This document shows positions 52,672 to 59,931 of a stretch of 64,000 nt of DNA, in pieces (the first letter of the stretch is position 1; each line of letters opens with the position of its first letter). Location: the NCBI GenBank assembly GCA_963732865.1, contig CAVTBC010000003.1, positions 112,481 through 176,480 on the forward strand, given 5' to 3'. The notes under the pieces are model-generated. The model worked only from the letters and a program-made list of their open reading frames with translations, did no database searches and was not told the DNA's origin. The translations under genes and the position numbers were made by a program. This stretch comes from an uncultured Alphaproteobacteria bacterium (lineage in GTDB: Bacteria > Pseudomonadota > Alphaproteobacteria > Rhizobiales > Kaistiaceae).

Positions 52672-53075
52672 AAGCCGCCGCCCCGCTCCCGACCCCCGAC
52701 GCCGACAGCGGGCCGTTCTGGGCGGCCTGCTCGGAGGGACATTTATCGGTGCAGAAATGTCCGAGATGTTCGCGGTTCCGGTGGCCCCCAGCGGAATATT
52801 GTCCCCGATGCCATTACCACGGCGGAGACTGGATGAAGTTGCCTGGCACGGGCCTTGTTGCGGCTTTCGTTATCGTCCACCGTGCCTTCGACCCCGGGTT
52901 TGAAGGCAAGGTTCCCTACGTTATCGCCCACATCACCCTCGACGGCGCCGACGACGTCACTATCATCGGCAACGTGGTCGCCGATCCGTTGGACGCGGTC
53001 GCCGTTGGGCGGCGGGTCGCGGTCAAGTTTCGCGATGTCGGATCGGTGACATTGCCCCAGTTCCAATTAACCTAG
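52668..53075 (+). CDS. Zn-ribbon / OB-fold protein (DUF35)
   Basis: CPRC....CPRC rubredoxin-like ribbon followed by an OB fold (VPYVIAHITLDG...IGNVV). Confidence 0.83.
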   Translation: MKAAAPLPTPDADSGPFWAACSEGHLSVQKCPRCSRFRWPPAEYCPRCHYHGGDWMKLPGTGLVAAFVIVHRAFDPGFEGKVPYVIAHITLDGADDVTIIGNVVADPLDAVAVGRRVAVKFRDVGSVTLPQFQLT

Positions 53076-53102
53076 CCGCATGGCACGAGGAGTCATGACT
53101 GG

Positions 53103-54263
53103 ATGAACGGACCACTTAGCGGAGTCCGCATACTCGACTTGACGCACGTCCTGAATGGGCCGTTCGCAACAATGCTGCTCGCGCATATGGGTGCGGAGGT
53201 GATCAAGGTCGAATACGGCGAGGGAGACCGGTATCGGCATTCATGGATGCCTCCGGATGCCGGGCGCGATGGCTATGAATCACTGGCCGTCAACGCCAAC
53301 AAGAAGTGCATCACGCTAAATCTGAAACACCCCGAGGGAAGGAAGATTTTCGAGCAACTCCTCGCCAAGTCCGACGTCTTGGCGGAAAACTTCTCAATCG
53401 GGGTCATGGATCGTTTGGGCTACTCCTACGACGAGTTGAAGAAGATCAACCCCAGTGTCATCTACGCGGTCGCTCGCGGGTTTGGAGAATCGGGACCGTA
53501 CGCAAACATGCGCGCCTTCGCCCCGACCGTGATGGCGTCGGCCGGGTGGGCAGATGCTGCCTGGCAGCTCTCCGGGCGGCCAGGAACAAAGGCGCTCGGT
53601 ATCGGCGACGAGGCTGCGGGCGTGTCCCTCGCCGTCGGCATCTGCGCGGCGCTGTTCAACCGAGAGCGGACGGGGGGAGGAACAAAGATCGAAATCTCGA
53701 TGCAGGAGGCTCTACTCGGCTTCATGGTCAGCACGCTTCACACCCTCTTTGAAGGCAACCCGGTCGGCAGCCGATATTTCGAGTGCGCCGACGGCTATGT
53801 GAGCTTTCACCTTCCCGACATCTCCGATGAGTTGTGGCGCAACCTCGCGATAGCACTGGGACACGAGGAGGCCGTGAGCGATCCCCGTTTCGTCGATGCG
53901 GCAGCGCGAAGGCGCAATCTCAAAGAAGTCCAGGCGATGGTTGCCGAGATGGTTCGCGGCTATTCGCGAGCGCATCTGTGGGGCGTCTTCAGGAAATACG
54001 GGCTCGGTAGCTTCCCGGTTCTGTCGATCGCCGAAGTTGTTGAAGACGAGCACATCAAGGCGCGTAGCGCTTTTGTTGAAGTCGAACACCCGCAGGCCGG
54101 CACACTGACGCTTCTTCGTCCGTGGATCCGGTTCGGCGACGAGCTGCCACAGATTGAGCATGCCGGTGCTGCTGTCGGAGAGCACAACGCCGTCGTGTAC
54201 AAGGAACTTTTTGGCTTTGATGAGGAGAAGCTTCGCGAGCTACGCGCAGCTGGGGCGATCTAA
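53103..54263 (+). CDS. family III CoA-transferase (CaiB/BaiF)
   Basis: GVRILDLTHVLNGPFATMLLAHMGAEVIKVE N-terminal signature, and 386 aa. Confidence 0.9.
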   Translation: MNGPLSGVRILDLTHVLNGPFATMLLAHMGAEVIKVEYGEGDRYRHSWMPPDAGRDGYESLAVNANKKCITLNLKHPEGRKIFEQLLAKSDVLAENFSIGVMDRLGYSYDELKKINPSVIYAVARGFGESGPYANMRAFAPTVMASAGWADAAWQLSGRPGTKALGIGDEAAGVSLAVGICAALFNRERTGGGTKIEISMQEALLGFMVSTLHTLFEGNPVGSRYFECADGYVSFHLPDISDELWRNLAIALGHEEAVSDPRFVDAAARRRNLKEVQAMVAEMVRGYSRAHLWGVFRKYGLGSFPVLSIAEVVEDEHIKARSAFVEVEHPQAGTLTLLRPWIRFGDELPQIEHAGAAVGEHNAVVYKELFGFDEEKLRELRAAGAI

Positions 54264-54738
54264 CAACGGACTCACAAGGACGTCGACGGCTTACGCCGAG
54301 AGCCGTGCCGACGGCAGAAGCCTCGCCGACATTCAGCCACAGGACCGCAAACGCCATCAGCGTTGTTGACAGCCACAGCACCGCGAGAATGACAAAGCCG
54401 GCAGCGGCGAGCGGGCCTGCCTCCGTCGTCAGGGCGATCGTAAATCCGGCGATTGAGGCGATGACGACGCACGCGACGTAGACCCTGCCGGCGAGGCGAT
54501 GGTAGCGGCTTCGCCGCGTCGCCGGGAGAAACTGCCAGATGCCGATCAGCAGAGCGACGGCGGCGACGATGGTGTGGACGTAGAACACAAACGGCCGTCC
54601 AACGAGGTTCGGCCGCAGTTCCTTAGGCGCCACCTCGGCATTGAACGACAGGTAGCGGAGTGAGAATGCTCCGATTGCGACGGCGAAAAGCGCCAGGACT
54701 CCCCAGCCAATCCACCGGACGATTGGGCCCGAAACCAT
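54055..54738 (-). CDS. DUF2306-like membrane protein whose 3' end is suspect
   Basis: ATG at 54738 with AAGGAGG upstream. Four TM helices and the HR..GR.Y motif (RYHRLAGRVY). The last ~70 codons or so are Arg-rich, non-protein-like, and overlap the convergent CoA-transferase gene by 209 nt. Confidence 0.55.
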   Translation of the reverse strand: MVSGPIVRWIGWGVLALFAVAIGAFSLRYLSFNAEVAPKELRPNLVGRPFVFYVHTIVAAVALLIGIWQFLPATRRSRYHRLAGRVYVACVVIASIAGFTIALTTEAGPLAAAGFVILAVLWLSTTLMAFAVLWLNVGEASAVGTALGVSRRRPCESVVRSPQLRVAREASPHQSQKVPCTRRRCALRQQHRHAQSVAARRRTGSTDEEASVCRPAGVRLQQKRYAP

Positions 54739-54788
54739 TGCTATGATCCTCCTTGAGACAGCGCGCTCGAAGCGCTGCCGCCCTGACA

Positions 54789-54797
54789 GGGGGGGGG
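54789..54797. repeat. G9 (C9 on the minus strand) homopolymer about 50 nt upstream of the DUF2306 start
   Basis: ctgacaGGGGGGGGGacgg. Confidence 0.9.
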
Positions 54798-55006
54798 ACG
54801 GTTCCGTTCAGCTGCCCATCGCCAAAAACGTGAGCGCGACCGGCAGTGGCGATCATCGCCTTTGTTCCGACCACAGGCGTGTTGATTGTGATGCTGCGAA
54901 CGGTCGGGACTTCTGTCCGCCCATGCCACCCAAGAAAAGGCAGGGCGCCCGTCGCGCGAACGAGCGCCCTGAAGGAGGGAACGAGGATTCGTTGGCGGAG
55001 AAGCCT

Positions 55007-55030
55007 GATCCCGGCGCGAACGCCGGGATC
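55007..55030 (-). terminator. stable hairpin 17 nt after the PQQ-dehydrogenase 1 stop
   Basis: GATCCCGGCG-CGAA-CGCCGGGATC. The transcript loop is UUCG. There is no U-tract. Confidence 0.45.
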
Positions 55031-55046
55031 CTGATTGAAGTTCTGC

Positions 55047-56999
55047 TTACATGCCGCCGGCAACTGCCTCCGGCAGGGCGAACACGTAGAGTGTCGAACC
55101 TGCGCGGCGATAGCGGTCGGCGTCGTTGGCATCGTCGCCAACATTCACCTGAGACGTGTTCGAGCCGCTGGCCAGGAAGGCAATGTACTGCTTGCCGTCA
55201 TGCATGTAGGAGATCGGCGACGCATGCACTTGCGAGCCGATCGGGAACGACCAAGCCAGGTCGCCCGTCATCGCGTTGTAGGCGTCGACCGTGCCGTTGT
55301 ACGGGTTGCCCTGGAGCACGAGGCCGCCAGCGGTGCTGGAGACCGGGATGCGTGTGCCGACCGGGAACTCGACCGACCAGGCGATTTCGCTGGTGAGCGG
55401 ATTGATCGCCTCCAGCTGACCGCCGACGTCGGTTGCCTGGCCGTAGTCAGGCAAATCCCGATACGGCACACGGTTCGTACCGCCGGGGACGGCGCCAGCA
55501 CCGCGACGCAGCGTGTAACCTTCGCCCGCCACATACTCGCCCTCAACCACCACCTGCGTGAAGCAGCTGTTGTCGGTCGAGACGTAGAACAGACCCGTCT
55601 GGTCGGAGAAGGTGTCATTCTCCCAGTTGCGGGCCGAGTTGCCCGGGCATGCGAGGATTTCGGTGCCGGTGTAGTCGTCGCGTTCGGCAGCACCGGGCAA
55701 GTCGTAGTTGGTGTAGTTGCGGCGGTCCGCGACATCTGTGAACGCCCAGACGTCGATATCATAGAGCGCACGTCCGGTGGTCATGTCGACGCCGGTGATG
55801 GCGTTGGTATAGACGAACGGCCAAGGCTGGCTGAGAAGCTCGCCGTTACTGCGGTCCCAGATGTAGAACCAGCCAGCGCGCGAGGCCTTCATCGCCACGT
55901 GATCGACCGAACCATCACCGTTGACGTCCATGTCGGCCAGCGGCGTATTGATCGGCTCGTCGATATCCCACGGGTCTGCCGGGGTGATGCCGTAGGCCCA
56001 GATCAGTTCGCCGGTGGTGGCGTCACGGGACATCATGCCGGCGCACCAGTTGTTGCGGTAGTCGATCAGGCCGCCATTCGCGTCGAGATTCACGACGCCC
56101 CATTCACGGCGATAGTCCGGGTTCCACGGACCGCAGTTGCCGGTCGAATAGAAGAACTGGTTCGAATCGGGGGCGTAGGTGAAGTAACCCCAAACGGTGC
56201 CGCCGCCACGACGCCAGGAATCGCCATACCACGTGGAGAGCGAACCCTGCTTGTCGTCGTCATAGTACGGGTTGAAGCGCGGGCCGATGCCGACTTCGTT
56301 GTCCGGGCCCATCGAGTACATGACCCACTGAGTTTGGCCGGTATGGATGTCGAAGGCCGACACCTTGCCGCGGACGCCGTATTCGCCGCCCTGATTACCG
56401 ATGATGTACAGATCACCGATGATGATGCCGTTGCCGGCGGTCTCTTCGCGGATGGTGACGTCAGCACCAACCGAGCGCCACAGCGCCTCGCCGGTCTGCC
56501 CGTCAAGGGCGAAAACCTGACCGTCGATGGTGTGGTAGTAGATGTTGCCTTCGGCGTATTGCAGACCACGGGTCTGGGCGCCGCAGCAGGCCTGAAGGCC
56601 ATGCTCGCGGTCAACGTCCGGGCGGAACTCCCACAGGATGTTGCCGTTGTTGTTGAGGTCGAGCGCCAGCACTTCGTTCGGAGCCTGACCCGAGCCTTCC
56701 GACTGGTTGACCGGCGAGACGATGTACATGGTGTCGCCGACCACGAGAGGCGATGCCTCATACTGATCGAGAACGCCAAGCTGCAGCGTCCAGGCAATGG
56801 TCAGATCAGCAACGTTGCTGAGGTTGATCTGATCCAACGATGAGAAGTTGTGGCCGTCATAAGTGTAGTTCGGCGTCACGACATCGCCGGCGGCGATATG
56901 GGCCATGACATCGTCATTGGCGAAAGCCGAGCTGGCAAACCCACAGCCAGCGGCGACGGCAACGGTTGAAACCGTCGCTTTCCAAAGTTTTCTGGTCAT
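55047..56999 (-). CDS. PQQ-dependent dehydrogenase, methanol/ethanol family (copy 1), predicted lanthanide-dependent
   Basis: 650 codons from the ATG at 56999, with AGGAGG upstream. Signal peptide ...GFASSAFA/ND. Vicinal Cys pair QACCG (C138-C139), GGEYGVRG, STGNCGPWNP and PWDIDEP (D345-x-D347). Confidence 0.9.
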   Translation of the reverse strand: MTRKLWKATVSTVAVAAGCGFASSAFANDDVMAHIAAGDVVTPNYTYDGHNFSSLDQINLSNVADLTIAWTLQLGVLDQYEASPLVVGDTMYIVSPVNQSEGSGQAPNEVLALDLNNNGNILWEFRPDVDREHGLQACCGAQTRGLQYAEGNIYYHTIDGQVFALDGQTGEALWRSVGADVTIREETAGNGIIIGDLYIIGNQGGEYGVRGKVSAFDIHTGQTQWVMYSMGPDNEVGIGPRFNPYYDDDKQGSLSTWYGDSWRRGGGTVWGYFTYAPDSNQFFYSTGNCGPWNPDYRREWGVVNLDANGGLIDYRNNWCAGMMSRDATTGELIWAYGITPADPWDIDEPINTPLADMDVNGDGSVDHVAMKASRAGWFYIWDRSNGELLSQPWPFVYTNAITGVDMTTGRALYDIDVWAFTDVADRRNYTNYDLPGAAERDDYTGTEILACPGNSARNWENDTFSDQTGLFYVSTDNSCFTQVVVEGEYVAGEGYTLRRGAGAVPGGTNRVPYRDLPDYGQATDVGGQLEAINPLTSEIAWSVEFPVGTRIPVSSTAGGLVLQGNPYNGTVDAYNAMTGDLAWSFPIGSQVHASPISYMHDGKQYIAFLASGSNTSQVNVGDDANDADRYRRAGSTLYVFALPEAVAGGM

Positions 57000-57186
57000 T
57001 TTTGTTCCTCCTTTTTCCCCTTGCTTGGGAATAACCTTCGTTCGTTGTTGTTGAATATTCCCGTCAGGATGGGCTGTTTTAGAGTTCGCCTCCATTTCGC
57101 GTTTTGGTACTGCACGGCGACAGACACCAGCGACCCGCTGTCCTAACCAAAGGCGCATCGGGACTAAAAAGGAGAAACTTCGGGCA

Positions 57187-57210
57187 GCCGTGATCGATAC
57201 CGATCACGGC
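57187..57210 (-). terminator. perfect 10-bp hairpin upstream of PQQ-dehydrogenase 1
   Basis: GCCGTGATCG-ATAC-CGATCACGGC. On the minus strand a T-rich stretch (TTTCTCCTTTTT) follows within 10 nt. It could insulate copy 1 from upstream transcription, or be an operator. Confidence 0.35.
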
Positions 57211-57639
57211 GAGCGAGCTTCTTCCCTAGTTTCGTTGTGAAAACAGGACCGTTACCTGCATTGCAGCTCCCTCTTGCGTTGGGTCATTCGACCCCATGTT
57301 CTTTTCGAACGCACGGGCACGCCAGATATCAATTGGCGCTTGATGAGGGTTTCCCCAAACCCACCGCTCCGTTTGTGGCAGCCCCCGCGAAAAATGCGCA
57401 AGACTACCTATCTGCACTCGTACGCCTAGCACATTTGATTGCATTGAGGCAAATCTGCACTTCACTACTCGACGTCAGGCAATCCTATGCCATGTCTGTG
57501 AGGTAGTTATGTGCTATTGACTACTGTTAAGCTTATGATGCGCGCAGTACTGGTGGCAATGAGTAATCGGCGTCGTTGCAACTTTGAGGAGTTGGTGGTC
57601 AGCGAGTAGAAAAAAAATGAATTGTATTCAATAGGAAAG

Positions 57640-57835
57640 ATCTTCGCTTGCCCGCTCGCATGGCGCAGCCCACCCTCGGCCGACAGTCGACGCCCTCGAG
57701 GACGAACTCGGCGTCGTCCTTTCGAACGCGCCGCGCGCCGGCTCGTGCTCACGCCGAGCGGCCTCGAACTGCTCGAGCATGTGCGTGCGATGGGCGATGC
57801 CGCCGGCCGCGTCTCGCTTGCGGCCTCCGACATTT
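57640..57835 (+). pseudogene. LysR-family regulator remnant (HTH region only, two frame changes)
   Basis: AQPTLGRQ, then VDALEDELGVVL, then FERAARRLVLTPSGLELLEHVRAMGDAAGRVSLAAS, read across three frames. No effector-binding domain follows. Confidence 0.55.
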
Positions 57836-57840
57836 CTGCA

Positions 57841-57990
57841 ATCCTGCGTGCGGTAATCGGTGACACGGTCGGCGCCGAGTCCGGTCAGCATGGAAATCAG
57901 TATCTGTTTGTCTTTCGGCTGAGGCGGAGGCCCCTCGCGCAGTTCAAGAACCTCTGGCGGTCCATAGCGCGTGCAGTGGATTGCTTTCAC
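57841..57990 (-). pseudogene. medium-chain (zinc-type / quinone oxidoreductase) dehydrogenase remnant
   Basis: MKAIHCTRYGPPEVLELREGPPPQPKDKQILI, a typical MDR N-terminus, joins directly to LGADRVTDYRTQD, a mid or C-terminal MDR block. Most of the gene is deleted. Confidence 0.5.
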
Positions 57991-58094
57991 CGCACGACTT
58001 TCCTCTTCAGCGGACTAGCCCGCCTCAACGCCGGCAGTAAGAAGCCACAGGAGAGACGAGGACGTCCGACTGCTCGGGTACGATGCGTTCGCCT

Positions 58095-58934
58095 CTATTG
58101 CCAGAATGAAGCAATGCGTTCGTTCACGGAGCGGCGACCTTGCAAGCGCCCGGCTATGGCGGCGGGCCTACCGGACGCCGGGTTCATTTGACCACCGGTC
58201 TGCACCAGGGCTGCGAGGGTGTCTTCGTCGGGATGGATCACCTCGACCTGTGAACCGGCGGTTCGGAGTGCTTCTACACCGGCGTCGATGGGTACCAGGC
58301 GCATGGCCTCTGGAGGCGATCGGAGCGCCAGTATCAGAACACGCTCGGCGCCTATCGCCAGATCCGCGTTGTCAGACGAGTGGAAGCCGCCATCGATGTA
58401 GTGGTGGCCGTCAAAGAGCATCGGCGGCGAGCCGAAGAAACCTGTTGTGGCGATAACCGCATCGACCAGATCGATGCCGCTGTCGCGGTTGAAGGCGCGC
58501 CTCTCCCCGGTCTCCGCGTTTACGGCGGTGATAAGCACTCTTTGCTGCGGCCATTCCTGAATGGGAAGTTGGGTGGCGACGACCTGCCGCCGATCGGATC
58601 CCTTCCCTTCGTCAGCCGACAGCGCCAGCGCCCCGTATCGCCGGAGAATTTCAGCGGGACGGCCGCCCGCTCGCTTTGCCTCGTCGACGCCCGCCCTGAG
58701 CCGCGACCAATCGACCATGGGAGGCGCCTCACGCGACGGCCCGTCCGATCCTGCTCGCGCCTGATAGAAGTCCTCGAGCGGCTTTCCGCTTGTCAGGTCC
58801 AGCGCGACCCTCGCGCCAGCGGAGGTGCCGACGAACAAATCAGCATTGCGGACATCAAGACCGGCATCGGCCATGCCCGTGACAAGGCCAATCTCCCACG
58901 AACTGGCGACGTATCCGCCCCCCGCCAGAACCAA
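58095..58934 (-). CDS. patatin-like phospholipase
   Basis: Oxyanion LAGGG, nucleophile GTSAG and a catalytic Asp in IDGG. The only available start is TTG at 58934, right at the LVLAGGG motif. Confidence 0.78.
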   Translation of the reverse strand: MVLAGGGYVASSWEIGLVTGMADAGLDVRNADLFVGTSAGARVALDLTSGKPLEDFYQARAGSDGPSREAPPMVDWSRLRAGVDEAKRAGGRPAEILRRYGALALSADEGKGSDRRQVVATQLPIQEWPQQRVLITAVNAETGERRAFNRDSGIDLVDAVIATTGFFGSPPMLFDGHHYIDGGFHSSDNADLAIGAERVLILALRSPPEAMRLVPIDAGVEALRTAGSQVEVIHPDEDTLAALVQTGGQMNPASGRPAAIAGRLQGRRSVNERIASFWQ

Positions 58935-59303
58935 AGCGCGTCGTATCGAACTCAGCTTGCTGTCTCCATGAACAGAGGTGCCAAACCGCTGCGGTTATCG
59001 GCCAGTCGCCATGCATCGGCATGACCGACCCTTCGTCCGCAGCTCTACAGACCTTCACGTTGATGCTGCTGGCCGGTGGCGTGGAGTTTGGACCGACTTG
59101 GCGGTCATACCCTCTCCAGAGGGTGCGCACCACGTCACAGGATCGTACGCACGCCGGCGACCGATCGGCGCCGCCTGGAAGACCAGCCCGCCCATTTACC
59201 GGTAGCCGCCGAGATTGTTGCCGGCGCCGCGGCGCCGGCAACAAAGCCGATCCGTCGCCCGCGCGGTCGCGACGCAAAGATGCGGCAAGTCGTGCCGGGC
59301 TAC

Positions 59304-59732
59304 CTACTGAGGCAGGTATTGCATCACCGTTGCCTCGGTCGTTACCCCATAGCTGTTACTCCATGAGTTACGAACGTAGGTGGCGATGGCCGCGATCTGG
59401 TGGGCGTTGAGTTGGCCAAGGAAGGGCGGCATGCCGTGGCTAGCGTTACCTTGCAGAATTTGGCTGATGATGTGGCCGCTGACCGCGACGAAATCATTCC
59501 CGTCGAGCTTCGGACCGACAAGGCCTTGGCCCTGCGCGCCGTGACAACCCGAGCAGTTGTGCGCGAAGAGCGGCCCGCCGTCGGCCATTAAGGCCGCGAA
59601 AACCGCCGCGTCGGATGTCGCTTGCGCGACCACCGTCGGCGCGGCTGCGTTGGCTGCGATTGTCTCGCCGAAAGCAAGAAACCCCATAGCACCGGCTGTA
59701 ACAACCATCGTCGTGACTGATAACTTCTTCAT
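59304..59732 (-). CDS. class I c-type cytochrome (candidate electron acceptor of the PQQ dehydrogenase)
   Basis: Signal peptide, one CSGCH haem site and the distal Met region HGMPPF. It starts 200 nt downstream of PQQ-dehydrogenase 2 on the same strand. Confidence 0.85.
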   Translation of the reverse strand: MKKLSVTTMVVTAGAMGFLAFGETIAANAAAPTVVAQATSDAAVFAALMADGGPLFAHNCSGCHGAQGQGLVGPKLDGNDFVAVSGHIISQILQGNASHGMPPFLGQLNAHQIAAIATYVRNSWSNSYGVTTEATVMQYLPQ

Positions 59733-59888
59733 TGGCTTTCAAACCTCATTCTGCACCCCTGGACTTCTATTCTAATCGGCGTTCTCGCCTACACGCATCG
59801 GCCGACTGAAGATCGGTCCGTTGCCACCGATCAGAAACGGGGACGCTCTCGATGTGGAGCGCGCCCCCGGGGATAGTTTCGGAGATGA

Positions 59889-59908
59889 CTCCGGCGCGAA
59901 CGCCGGAG
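59889..59908 (-). terminator. hairpin 23 nt after the PQQ-dehydrogenase 2 stop, homologous to 55007-55030
   Basis: CTCCGGCG-CGAA-CGCCGGAG, with the same CCGGCG-CGAA-CGCCGG core as copy 1. Confidence 0.45.
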
Positions 59909-59931
59909 CCGTTGGATGTTGCGCCGGAACC

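Noticed and set aside
57226-57506. ORFs 57226-57465(-) and 57237-57506(+) in the AT-rich segment upstream of PQQ-dehydrogenase 1
   Set aside because: They are mutually antisense, lack an RBS and have an atypical composition. They are probably non-coding.
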